From NCBI GenBank assembly GCA_965113315.1, contig OZ220371.1: 64,000 nucleotides of DNA; one strand, given 5' to 3'. Below, in pieces: positions 50,930-62,450 of the stretch. The notes under the pieces were generated by a model. The model was given only the letters and a program-made list of their open reading frames with translations, did not search any database and was not told where the DNA came from. The stretch comes from Podarcis vaucheri. Taxonomy: Eukaryota. Position 1 is the first letter of the stretch. Each line of letters opens with the position of its first letter. A program made the position numbers and the translations under genes.

Positions 50930-51250
50930 CAGGGGTCACCAACCTTTTTCAGCTGTGGGCTGCTCCACCATCCCCCAGACCATGTGGTGGGCCAGACTAT
51001 ATTTTTTTGGGGGAAATGAATGAATTCCTATGCCCCACAAATAACCCAGAGATGCATTTTAAATAAAAGCACACATTCAACTCATGTATAAACACCAGGC
51101 AGGCCCCACAAATAACCCAGAGATGCATTTTAAATAAAAGCACACATTCAACTCATGTAAAAACACACTGATTCCCGGACCATCTCTGGGATGGATTTAG
51201 AAGGCGATTGGGATGCATCCGGCCCCCGGGCCTTAGGTCGCCTACTCCTG
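50930..51250. mobile_element. hAT MITE (CAGGGGTCAGCAAC family) with internal duplication
   Basis: TIRs; degenerate 8-bp TSD GTTCGTAG/TTTTGTAG. Confidence 0.85.
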
Positions 51251-51470
51251 TTTTGTAGCCTTCAGTAGATTCAAATGTACCAAAACAACAGGATTCAGAG
51301 TTCATATGTAGTCAGTGCTGTGAGCCCAGCTTCCTCCTGCACTAGGAATGCCAATTACAGATGTGCTAATAGTGCATCAAATGCTTAAGGTGAAATGTCT
51401 GCCCCCCCAAAAGTCTTAAACTCAGCATGTGTATTTCTTGGGGAAAAAACAAGAGACCTAAAGATGGCTT

Positions 51471-51753
51471 AAAGGTGCTTACTGGAAGGACAGATCCTGA
51501 AGCTGAGGCTCCAATACTTTGACCACCTCATGAGAAGAGAAGACTCCCTGGAAAAGACCCTGATGTTGGGAAAGATGGAGGGCACAAGGAGAAGGGGACA
51601 ACAGGGGACAAGATGGTTGGACAGTGTTCTCGAAGCTATGAGCATGAGTTTGACCAAACTGCGGGAGGCAGTGGAAGACAGGGGTGCCTGGCGTGCTCTG
51701 GTCCATGGGGTCATGAACAGTAGGACATGACTAAACGTCTAAACAACAACAAC
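51471..51753 (+). mobile_element. BovB LINE 3' fragment
   Basis: MRREDSLEKTLMLGK..; (CAA)n tail; perfect 11-bp TSD AAAGATGGCTT. Confidence 0.92.
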
Positions 51754-52498
51754 AAAGATGGCTTGGTGCATTTGTGGGCTTGTCTGTCTTGAACTGCCCA
51801 TGTACAGAACAGCTCAGGCAACATATTTCTTTCAGCTCACGGATCATAGCCAGGCAGAGGAAGCCTGCATCTAGGGAGATGCTTCTGTTACATGCACAGC
51901 CTTAAGGATGTCAATGGCAACATGGGTTCTACCGTCAAAGTGATGTTGCAACAGCTGAAGAAAGAGAAAGCTTGTTGGAGGTGGTCATGAATCAAAATGT
52001 CAGCCTTGCTGGCTTCAGGGTCCCTGAAGACACACTGGCTTACTCCACTTGCCATCTCATCTTCAAGGACAATGCATTCTGACAAATGGACGTCGTCAGT
52101 GATGAAGAACTGGGCATCTGGACCAGAAGTACAGTCTTACTGACATGTCTCATCTAGGTTGCCATGTGCATATTAAGAAGTGGTTGCATGGTTCGCCAGT
52201 CCAAGTCCCTAAGGAGGTGGATGACAGCAGGAGAAAATTGGAAATGGAGAAACAAAGCTGACATGCTCATCTGTTGAATGTGCTTCGCCCGATGCAGCCA
52301 TTACTGTCTTCACGTTTCTTAATAGATAGTGGTTGTTGTGGCTGTAGTCATTCTGCAGTCAAAACCTGTCCTACAGTCTGAAGTTTGACATTCAATATGT
52401 GCTATAAGAAGTCTAAGATCTCAAATATAAAGTAAATGTTCATAAATGTGCATGGCAAACACATACACAAGTATATAAACCAACTGTCTAGTACAGGA

Positions 52499-53151
52499 CA
52501 GGGGTCAGCAACCTTTTTCAGCCGTGGGCCGGTCCACCATATCTCAGACCATGTGGTGGGCCGGACTATTTTTTTTGGAGGGGTGAATGAACAGAGGCAA
52601 ATGAGGAAATGAGCGACTGCAAATGAGGAAACTCCGGCGAGGAGCTGCTGTGCTTGCCCTCCAGCTCTTCTAGCCATGGCTCCTGTGCCGGGCTGGCGGC
52701 AGGGGCTGGTGGCAGCAGCAATGGAGGCACGAGCACACACAGTGGTGGAGGGATGAGTGGTGGCAGAGGGACGAGTGGCGGCGACAGAGGCACGAGTGGC
52801 AGTGGCAAATGGCTTGCTCCAGCAAGGGGCAGCTTGAAGTGGCGATCAGCCAGCCCAGCCTAGCCCCCTTCCTCCTCTAGGTGAATCGCAGCCACTGCCC
52901 GCCCTTTGGCCAGGGGCTCAAAGCTTTGCAGGCGATTGGCCACTACTGTCCCCCTCCTTTTCTCGCACCCAGAGGAGGGAGGGAGGAGGAGGGAGGTTCC
53001 GCTGAGGTGAGGGGGGGGAATGACTGTGATAAAAATGGCACTACGAAAAAAGAGGATGGAATCCCCACGCCAATCCACAGAATGGCCATGGGCCGGTTCC
53101 AGGAGGCTCATGGGTCGGAATCAGCCCATGGGCCATAGGTTGCCTACCCCG
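52499..53151. mobile_element. hAT non-autonomous element with GC-rich interior
   Basis: CAGGGGTCAGCAACCT / AGGTTGCCTACCCCG termini; perfect 8-bp TSD GTACAGGA. Confidence 0.9.
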
Positions 53152-54003
53152 GTACAGGAGAACAATCCTGAAGCCATTTTGACTCCCTAATTGACCTCAA
53201 ATATATTTCTCTGCAAGGAGGAAGGAAATGGGAAAAGCTTTCCAATTGTCTTTTGACTGTAGGGCCTTACACCTCCTTTTTCAAATGCAGTCTGGCAAAT
53301 ATCTGTTAAGCTGAGCACACTATCAATATGCGTAAGAGATTCAGGAACTAAGCATTTTCCATCTCAAAGGAATGACCAGGTTACCCAGAAAATGCAATCA
53401 AGTAAGGCATTGTCAGGTATCTTGGAGAGAAGCAACACTCTCAAATTTCTGGCAGAGACTGCCTCCTTCTGTGATGTATGTATGATGTTTTGGGGGGTGG
53501 TATTGGGCTACAGGGTAGGAAATTTCAAAAGTCTTTTTCTCCTCCCTCCTGTGTGTGGTGAGTGGGGACCCTGTTGCAATAGGTTTTTTGCTTTAATAAA
53601 GATCAGGCTTACTAGCCGCTTTGCTTCTCAATATGCTCTGGTTGGCCTCTGTTATTTTCTCCTACTGATAGGGAACCAACTTAAGGTCTCTATAAAGGCT
53701 CTGGAATACCTGATAAGGGAAAGGGAGCAGTTTTTTCTTATAACAATATGCAATAATTGGGAATTGTGTAACTTATCTCTAAAATCTGAACACTACCCTG
53801 TAATATAACTGACTGTAAAATGGTTACAACATTCAGTAACAGCACTGATGATTACTATTGGGAACAATGCAGCAACCAAAAAAATTATCAGCCTGAGTGG
53901 TATGTATCTTATTACTATGAGGTCCTTTAGCTAATAAACCATGCTTCTGAACCAGTTAACAGTATCCTTGGATCTTTTATTTTTTTTAAAATAAAATACT
54001 GTA

Positions 54004-54245
54004 CAGTGGTAGCTCAGGTTAAGTACTTAATTCATTCCGGAGGTCTGTTCTTAACCTGAAACTGTTCTTAACCTGAAGCACCACTTTAGCTAATGGGGCC
54101 TCCTGCTGCCGCCACGCCGCCAGAGCACGATTTCTGTTCTTATTCTGAAGCAAAGTTCTTAACCCGAGGTACTATTTCTGGGTTAGCAGAGTCTGTAACC
54201 TGAAGCGTCTATAACCTGAATCGTATGTAACCTGAGGTACCACTG
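54004..54245. mobile_element. Tc1/mariner MITE (opposite orientation to 37089)
   Basis: TIRs and TA TSD. Confidence 0.92.
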
Positions 54246-55529
54246 TACCTTTATTGGCATCACAGTATAAAACATTTCAGGTCAGTGGGATAATTAAAAG
54301 GAGAAGGGTGAAGCTGTTGAAGGTCACACTGTGATCGTGTGCACTTAGATATTCTGCTTCGCCCTGTCTGTTCCCTGAAAGGATGGTTCGTTGGGAACCC
54401 TTTTGGGTAAAATTGTGGCTAAAAAGGAAGCTACTAAAACAGCGGTATCTTTGTCCCGATCTGCCAGGAAAAACCTCATTTGACTTCTTCTCAGAGTTAT
54501 AGGTCCAACATTTTGCTGAGCATCAGTTGGCGAGGTCTACTGTGCAGAGAGCAATCGAAGAGAATGTGGCTTGGCCCTTTTATTAATCATGGTAACCTTC
54601 AACTATACTGCAGAAGAAGCTTGTGTGATTGTTCCACTTAACACCAAAATCCTTAAAAGAAAAGAAAAGCTGGTGACCTTTGGAAACCTTTCTGCTGCTT
54701 ACATATATGACTTGTATTTAGTGCTGCTAATTTCTTTGCTATGTGATTTTTATAATTTATTTTCAGTATGTATTAGTCTCTAGGTTGATTTTTTTTTATT
54801 GTTAGCCACCTTGAACAATATTCTGCTGGAAAGGTGGGAAATAAATATTCTGAATAAATAGATAAATATTCATTCAATCATTTGTTCCTCACCTTAAGAA
54901 TATATATAGTGCTTCAGTGAAGGAGTGTCTAGCTTCAGACAGGAATTATAGCTTTTCCCTGCACTGAGTCCTTAAGAGAAAACTACCGTATAGGCTTGAA
55001 CAAAATTTAAGTGTGTTCCACAGCAAGCTTACCATTCAAATTATGTAGGTCCAGACATACCTATAGGGTCAAATGTAAAAACACCCTGAGAAAAGGTCAT
55101 TCTTCAGTCAAGCTATTTCATGCTTTTCAGGCACTGGTGAAAAAAAAAGCATGCATGTTTTTATGCTTTATACAGTTCCATTATATTGTACAAAAGGACA
55201 ACATATATTTCCCATTCATGTGGAGATGCATGAATTCTAGATGCACAAAGAATTTGCTTATTTCTGCAGGGCAGATGAACAACTTTCCCTTTTGCATGTT
55301 ACAGCAGAAACCATTTGTGCTTTCTCTGTCACCACATCCTGGAAAGTGGAAAGATCCTCTGAGTTAGTGGTTAAGATTATTTTTCATCTTAAAAGGGGAT
55401 TATATGCAAGCTACGGGATGTGCATGATCAAGGAGGTTACTGGGTCCCAGGGAAGTGTGTCAGAGGGGAATTCAGAATAGATTTAATTCCATGGGACATT
55501 CAGGAATGAGGCAGAACTTTCAGGGTTAT

Positions 55530-55887
55530 AAAGGTAAAGGTACCCCTGACCGTTAGGGTCCAGTTGCGGATGACTCTGGGGTTGCAGCGCTCATCTCGCT
55601 CTATAGGCCGAGGGAGCCAGTGTTTGTCCACAGACAGCTTCTGGGTCATGTGGCCAGCATGACTAAACCGCTTCTGGCGAACCAGAGCAGCGCACGGAAA
55701 CGCCATTTACCTTTCCGCCGGAGCAGTACCTATTTATCTACTTGCATTTTGACATGCTTTTGAACTGCTAGGTGGGCAGGAGCAGGGACCGAGCAACGGG
55801 AGCTCACCCTGTTGCAGGGATTTGAACCACCAACCTTCTGATCAGCGAGCCCAAGAGGCTCTGTGGTTTAGACCACAGCGCCACCCT
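55530..55887 (-). mobile_element. Sauria SINE
   Basis: Conserved core and (ACCTTT) tail. Confidence 0.92.
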
Positions 55888-56330
55888 AATCTTGAAATTA
55901 GGGGCAACAAACATAACATTCCTGACATTCCACACTGAACCACTTCAAGATGGGTATTGGATGGCAGTTTTTTTTGTTTTTCCTGCCACTTTTCGCAGGA
56001 AAACCCATTGTTTACCACCGAATTGGAACAAATCTCAATGCACAGAAAAAAAACAGTTGCCATTTCTTCTGATACAGTGATAAACAGCAGGTGTTGCAGG
56101 GGAAAATCAGTGGAATACGTGGAAGTAGGGATGAATTCTAACTGCTGGGGCACAGATCAAATCCCAGTCTGCTAGCCTTCGGATCAAGACCCACACAGTG
56201 CTCAACTCCTGAAATTTGTTCACCAAGTGCATATTTTAGGAGATACACACAACTGGAAAGAGAACATTTGCCACGTGCACTGCTTACACTTTTGCACATT
56301 GCATTTTTTGCAGCTATCTGTGAAAAATGT

Positions 56331-56807
56331 GATAGAATCATAGAATCATAGAGTTGGAAGAGACCACAAGGGCCATCGAGTCCAACCCCCTGCCAAGCAG
56401 GAAACACCATCAGAGCACTCCTGACATATGGTTGTCAAGCCTCTGCTTAAAGACCTCCAAAGTAGGAGACTCCACCACACTCCTTGGCAGCAAATTCCAC
56501 TGTCGAACAGCTCTTACTGTCAGGAAGTTCTTCCTAATGTTTAGGTGGAATCTTCTTTCTTGTAGTTTGGATCCATTGCTCCGTGTCCGCTTCTCTGGAG
56601 CAGCAGAAAACAACCTTTCTCCCTCCTCTATGTGACATCCTTTTATATATTTGAACATGGCTATCATATCACCCCTTAACCTCCTCTTCTCCAGGCTAAA
56701 CATGCCCAGCTCCCTTAGCCGTTCCTCATAAGGCATCGTTTCCAGGCCTTTGACCATTTTGGTTGCCCTCCTCTGGACACGTTCCAGTTTGTCAGTGTCG
56801 TTCTTGA
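56331..56807 (-). mobile_element. Young CR1 LINE 3' fragment
   Basis: Open frame MVKGLETMPYEERLRELGMFSLEKRRLRGDM...FKQRLD; (ATTCTATG)n tail. Confidence 0.93.
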
Positions 56808-57910
56808 ATGATGCATGATACAGAACAGAACAGAAGAATTTGGGGAATGCAAAACACCAACATAGGTTCCATGCGGAATGTCATCTATTTATCAGCTGAA
56901 AAGACTCCGTTCCCTTTCAAACAAATGTTAATGTTATTAGACATTAAAAACTGGCAAGAGAGGAAAGTTAATGTAGAAACCTTTTCTGAAATATCACCAA
57001 TTCATTTCCCCCTGAATAATCTTTTTGCTTTCACTTCCTTTCACTCTGAAGAGGAAACGGCTTCACAGAGTTCACACACTTCTACCTTATACTAGACAAG
57101 GCAAATAGAGGGCACTTGATAGAGGGCTAAGGTCAATTATCAGATAACATTGGCTTCCAAAGGTCTTACTGCAATTTGTTATCTTCCAAGAACTAAGCAC
57201 CCTCTACCTTCAGTCAGATAAGCACACAATCTCATTTGAGCCTCAGCTGCCTTCAAAGAATTGTTTTAAAACTGTGGCCTTATCTGACAAAAGTAGAGAT
57301 GGATTTCTGCAAAATATCAATGCTCCAGGAACTGTGTCTCTGTTGCAGTGCAACAATGGCATGACTTCTGCAAATTCCCCTCCAGTTCTTTTATCATCTC
57401 CTGTGCTAAAAATTAATAGGGATAATTCACAAATGCCTTTTTTATTCTGGCTTTATTTTTCAATGCCCCACTTTAGCAGAAATACATCTCTCCTTTTGTG
57501 AGCCTACAGTCCAAACTAGGTGTGATATTAAACATGTCACAGCATTTAATGTGCATGATCGTTGTTGTTTTTAGGGCAAGTCATAATGATGGCAAAGCCC
57601 AAGACAGATTGGAGCCACAAGTCCACTCACCCCTTTTGGGGCCACAGCATTGCAGGACGGCAAAGGCTTCCCCGGGGCCCCAACAAGGGAACTGGAACAA
57701 TGGTACCCTGCCTGATAGGCTTAAGCCGCCTCCACCTATCAGGAACTGGATCCTGGCCTGCACCCAGCTTTGGCTAATGGGGATGCAGGCTGGGGACATG
57801 GGCTGTGCCAGAGGGCGGAGCTGACGGAGCAGGTAGGCTTCCCTCAGGTCCACCCCTTGCCCATTTAAGCAGCCCACACCTGGGGCCCTACCTGTTTGTT
57901 CCTTTGCCGG

Positions 57911-58531
57911 TGTGCTGGGCCCAGGGGTAACCTGAGAACCGCGGTCCAGAATCCATAGGTTCTGCTAGGAATCAGTCCAACGGGGCCAAGGCAGGACACG
58001 AGGCAGGAAACCAGGCAAGGACAAGTACAGGATCTCCGGCAGGTTCTAGTATACTGCAATGTTGCTCCCATAACCTGGGGCGGGGATCTGACAGCCTTTT
58101 ATCTTTGTCAGGGTAGCGGCTGGTCCTGATCCCCCGGCGACTCACCTCCCTGTTTCGCCCAAAGGCAAGCTCTCCTCCTGTGAGTACTCAGGTCTCTCCT
58201 TCTCTCAGACTTTAGTCTTTGCAGCTCGGGAGATGTCGGTGGGTTACTAGACCCAGAGGCCGCCTCAGCCTCTCCTGACCCAACTGGTAGTGGAGCAGCT
58301 GTAAGTGATGGCCCAGCTGAAGGCAACGAGGTAATCCCCGCATCTGGAGCCAGGGCAGACTCAGGCCCCTGACTCGGCCCAGCTGGTGTTTGTTGCAGGG
58401 GAACCTGTGCAGAGTGGGACCCTTCAGGATCAGGCCCCAGACTTGGTTGAGGTGATGCCTGAGGCAAAGCATTCAGTGCAGACTGAGACTCCTCTGGTTC
58501 CGAGGCCGAGCCCGAGTCCCAGCCCATCACA
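57911..58531 (-). mobile_element. Solo LTR, subfamily B (621 bp)
   Basis: TGTGATGG...CCAGCACA termini; perfect 5-bp TSD GCCGG; closely similar to 43536-44158. Confidence 0.9.
58108..58527 (-). CDS. LTR-encoded open ORF (139 aa), acidic N-terminus / Pro-rich middle / basic C-terminus; expression unknown
   Basis: Uninterrupted from the ATG at LTR nt 5; homologous to the ORFs in the other two LTRs. Confidence 0.5.
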   Translation of the reverse strand: MGWDSGSASEPEESQSALNALPQASPQPSLGPDPEGSHSAQVPLQQTPAGPSQGPESALAPDAGITSLPSAGPSLTAAPLPVGSGEAEAASGSSNPPTSPELQRLKSERRRDLSTHRRRACLWAKQGGESPGDQDQPLP

Positions 58532-58916
58532 GCCGGGTTTCAGTGTCGATCTTCGTCAGAAACCTGCGTTGCTGCCCCTCACCCTTGGTGATATCTTCCA
58601 CGCCTCCTTACCATGTGCTGAGCCTTTGGCTTTTGGAATTTGCTTGGTTGGCGGTTGGGCAGTGGGACAATCCTTTGATTTTGGATAGAGGGGAGGTTGT
58701 AGTCTCCACCTGCCCCTCCAAACGCTGGGCTATCCCATTAAAGGGATTTGGGGGGAGGAGTGGACATGTCTGTGTGACCAGGCAGGGCCAGGGCACAAGG
58801 CACTCCCCCAGACGGCGGTCCCTGCGGGGGTCACCCTATTTGATGTAAGTCTTAGGAACCCCCGTCTGGATTGACCACGCCTTACTTCCGGCCGGCGGGG
58901 TGGAAGTATTTCAATT

Positions 58917-59127
58917 TCAATCAGAAGAAGAGAAAGAATAGAGATATTAGTTTTGGGAGTTAAACGTAACAGTGGAAGTAAGAAATGAATATTAAGTGAT
59001 TAGATTGGAAAATTTTCAGATGTGATTGACGGAAGTCAAAAAATGGTGTAAGAAATGCAAGTATGTTTAATTACTGTTGAAAATGATATGTTGAAAAATT
59101 AACAAAAAAATTATACAAAAAAAGAGA
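58917..59127 (+). mobile_element. 5'-truncated poly(A) retroposon (L1/Tx1-like 3' end)
   Basis: Perfect 14-bp TSD GAAGTATTTCAATT (58903, 59128); A-rich tail. Confidence 0.75.
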
Positions 59128-59825
59128 GAAGTATTTCAATTGCCCCATGCCCAAGCCAAGACTCTTTCATCTGTATTCAATAAAGCTGTGGCCTGTTTTG
59201 ACCCAAAAACCAGCCTCATTGCTCTCTTATTTGCATGGGTTGGGGAACCCAATGCCTGGTCCTGCAATAAGCAGAGAGAGGAAGTTAAATCCTTCCTCTT
59301 TACTGTAGTTCTGACAAAAAATAAATAAATACCCACAACATACTGCTGTTTGTATTGGGAAGAAGGTCTCCAATGGTACCCATAGGATTGTCATTGGGAA
59401 AAGGATCACCCTCCCCACTCAGCACTGTTCTAATGCTACTTAGCTCCCCTCCCTTGCACCAATGGGCACTATTTGCCTTTTGAAGGTGAGGTCAGTGTGG
59501 TGCAAACGCACCAGGAGTGGCAATCTGGTGCTCCTGCCAGTGCATTCACACCCACCCACCCTCTGCCTCCCATTAAGCAGCAGCACCATGGCAGACCAGA
59601 GGTCAAGTGGACAGTATCTCCATGCCATACCATCTGCTACTGCTACTGTGTTAACCTTGAGAGGACATGAAGAAAAGGCCTACAGGAAAAAAATTGGAAC
59701 TGCAGTTAAGTGCACAAAATTGTTGAATGCTTTCAGAAACCGCCAGTTGATATTTGGAAGAAAATTTGAAGGAAATGCAAACTGCATATTTCAAAAGCCT
59801 TTTTATTTTACTGGATTTTCTGAAC

Positions 59826-60076
59826 CAGGGGTAGGCAATTAAGGCCCGGGGGCTGGATGCGGCCCAATCGCCTTCTCAATCCGGCCCATGAACGGTCCGG
59901 GAATCAGCGTGTTTTTACATGAGTAGAATGTGTCCTTTTATTTAAAATGCATCTCTGGGTTATTTGTGGGGCATACAAATTCGTTCATTTCCCCCCCCCT
60001 TCAAAATATAGTGGCCCACCACATGGTCCGAGGGACGGTGGACCAGCCCACAGGTGAAAAAGGTTGCTGACCCTTG
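59826..60076. mobile_element. hAT MITE (CAGGGGT family), reverse orientation
   Basis: TSD TTCTGAAC/CTCTGAAC. Confidence 0.88.
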
Positions 60077-60166
60077 CTCTGAACCATACAATATCCCCTC
60101 AAAATTATTTTGAGTAATCTTATAAGCATATTATATTTTTTTATTACTGTTTGCTACAGTCTAAGG

Positions 60167-60417
60167 CAGGGGTCAGAAAACTTTTTCAGCAGGGGGCCGG
60201 TCCACTGTCCCTCAGACCTTGTGGGGGGGTCAGACTATATTTTGGAGGGGGGAAATGAACAAATTCCTATGCCCTACAAATAACCCAGTGATGCATTTTA
60301 AATAAAATGACACTTTCTACTCATGTAAAAACACGCTGATTCTCGGACCATCCAGGGCCAGATTTAGAAGGCGATTGGGCCGCATCCAGCCCCTGGGCCT
60401 TAGTTTGCCCACCCATG
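60167..60417. mobile_element. hAT MITE (CAGGGGT family), forward orientation
   Basis: Perfect TSD GTCTAAGG. Confidence 0.9.
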
Positions 60418-60822
60418 GTCTAAGGAAGCATATGGGACAAGAGGTATCGCAAGCTTTGGGATGGATATACAGAGCATTTCTTGTTTTCCCTGAACTGGTT
60501 TTGTAATATTAGACTTACGGTATTTTATAAACACTCAGGATAGTAAGCTAGATGCTATATAGGCTGAAGGCGAATACATGCTGCAGAAACTGACCCTAAC
60601 AAGCTCAGTGTGCATTGCAGGTAGAAAAATGGTGCACTAGTCTCCAAATGGCTGCACTGGGCAGCTGGAAGAACATGCGGTGTGAGATGGTTGCCCCCCT
60701 CCTATACACCTCACCATGGGCAGAAGATGAATCTGTCCTTAATATGAAACAGTTGGATAACCACAGAACAGGCAGCTTTAATGCCAAGTGAACTAACTGT
60801 GGCATATGTAGTTTTAGCAATA

Positions 60823-61048
60823 CAGTGGTACCTCGGGTTACATACGCTTCAGGTTACAGACTCCGCTAACCCAGAAATAGTGCTTTAGGTTAAGAACTTT
60901 GCTTCAGGATAAGAACAGAAATCGTACTCCGGCGGTGAAGCGGCAGCAGGAGGCCCCATTAGCTAAAGTGGTGCTTCAGGTTAAGAACAGTTTCAGGTTA
61001 AGTACAGACCTCCGGAACAAATTAAGTACTCAACCAGAGGTACCACTG
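60823..61048. mobile_element. Tc1/mariner MITE
   Basis: TIRs and TA TSD; same family as 37089. Confidence 0.92.
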
Positions 61049-61576
61049 TAATAATTCCCATTAGTTGCCAAGTATTTCAGTCTCATTAGCCCATTGTGTG
61101 TCTCTCTCCCCCCCCCCCCCAATACAGTAATTCTACAAGAGGAAATGGATTGTTTGTTTCTTCCTGTTCTGGTATCAGGGATCCTAGTGTGATTTTGCTT
61201 CATTTTTAATATATCCCTGGACGTACCGGCTTTTAATTTATTCCTAGGCGCACTGGCACTATTTATTGACTTTGATAAATGCTCCGATTCACCTTTAGAC
61301 TTCAGGTAGCATCGTGTAAATGTTTACTAACCTAATCAGTGCTTCCATCAAAGTGCACTCCTTGGTGAACGGTGCCCTTGGAAACATAACCTCAAATCCA
61401 TTAAAGTAGACGGGGGGAAATCTACACTGAGACTTGTTCATTTTCACAGAGGAGCCCAGCAGAGGATTCATCGTCATGGAGTCTGAGAGAAAACAGCAGC
61501 ACTAAATTTAATAGAGAGATAGGATATATAAACACTCTGCAATAGCCATCCCACTTGAGCAAAATGGATTTACACT

Positions 61577-62413
61577 TGGAGGATGGATGGTGGCTAGCAG
61601 ATTGAGGTTGAATCCTGACAAGACAGAAGTACTGTTTTGGGGGGACAGGGGACGGGCGGGTGTGAGGGATTCCCTGGTCCTGAATGGGGTAACTGTGCCC
61701 CTGAAGGACCAGGTGTGCAGCCTGGGAGTCATTCTGGACTCACAGCTGTCCATGGAGGCGCAGGTCAATTCTGTGTCCAGGGCAGCTGTCTACCAGCTCC
61801 ATCTGGTACACAGGCTGAGACCCTACCTGCCTGCGGACTGCCTCACCAGAGTGGTGCATGCTCTGGTTATATCCCGCTTGGACTACTGCAATGTGCTCCA
61901 CGTGGGGCTACCTCTGAAGGTGACCCGGAAACTGCAATTAATCCAGAATGTGGCAGCTAGACTGGTGACTGGGAGTGGCTGCCGGAACCACATAACACCG
62001 GTTCTGAGAGATCTGCATTGGCTCCCAGTACGTTTCCGAGCACAATTCAAAGTGTTGGTGCTGACCTTTCAAGCCCTAAATGGCCTCGGTCCTGTATACC
62101 TGAAGGAGCATCTCCACCCCCATCGTTCAGCCCGGACACTGAGGTCCAGCGCCGAGGGCCTTCTGGCGGTTCCCTCATTGCGAGAAGTGAGGTTACAGGG
62201 AACCAGACAGAGGGCCTTCTCGGTAGTGGCGCCCACCCTGTGGAACACCCTCCCTTCAGATGTGAAGGAAATAAGTAGCTATCCTATTTTTAAAAGACAT
62301 CTGAAGGCAGCCCTGATCAGGGAAGTTTTTAATATTTAACGCTGTATTGTTTTTAATACTTGATTGGGAGCCGCCCAGAGTGGCTGGGGAGACTCAGCCA
62401 GATGGGCGGGGTA

Positions 62414-62450
<37 letters not shown>
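61577..62450 (+). mobile_element. Young L2 LINE 3' fragment with open 250-aa ORF2 C-terminus
   Basis: RLRLNPDKTEVL, LGVILDSQLS, HALVISRLDYCN, LHWLPVRFRAQFK motifs; (TAAA)n tail. Confidence 0.94.

Larger units (their letters stand above)
57649..59268. mobile_element. Unclassified TIR-bounded element (possibly DIRS/Ngaro-derived) hosting two nested insertions
   Basis: ATTGCAGGAC...GTCCTGCAAT perfect inverted ends with imperfect extension; TTTAAG box and AATAAAGCTGTGGCC; no TSD evident. Confidence 0.5.
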
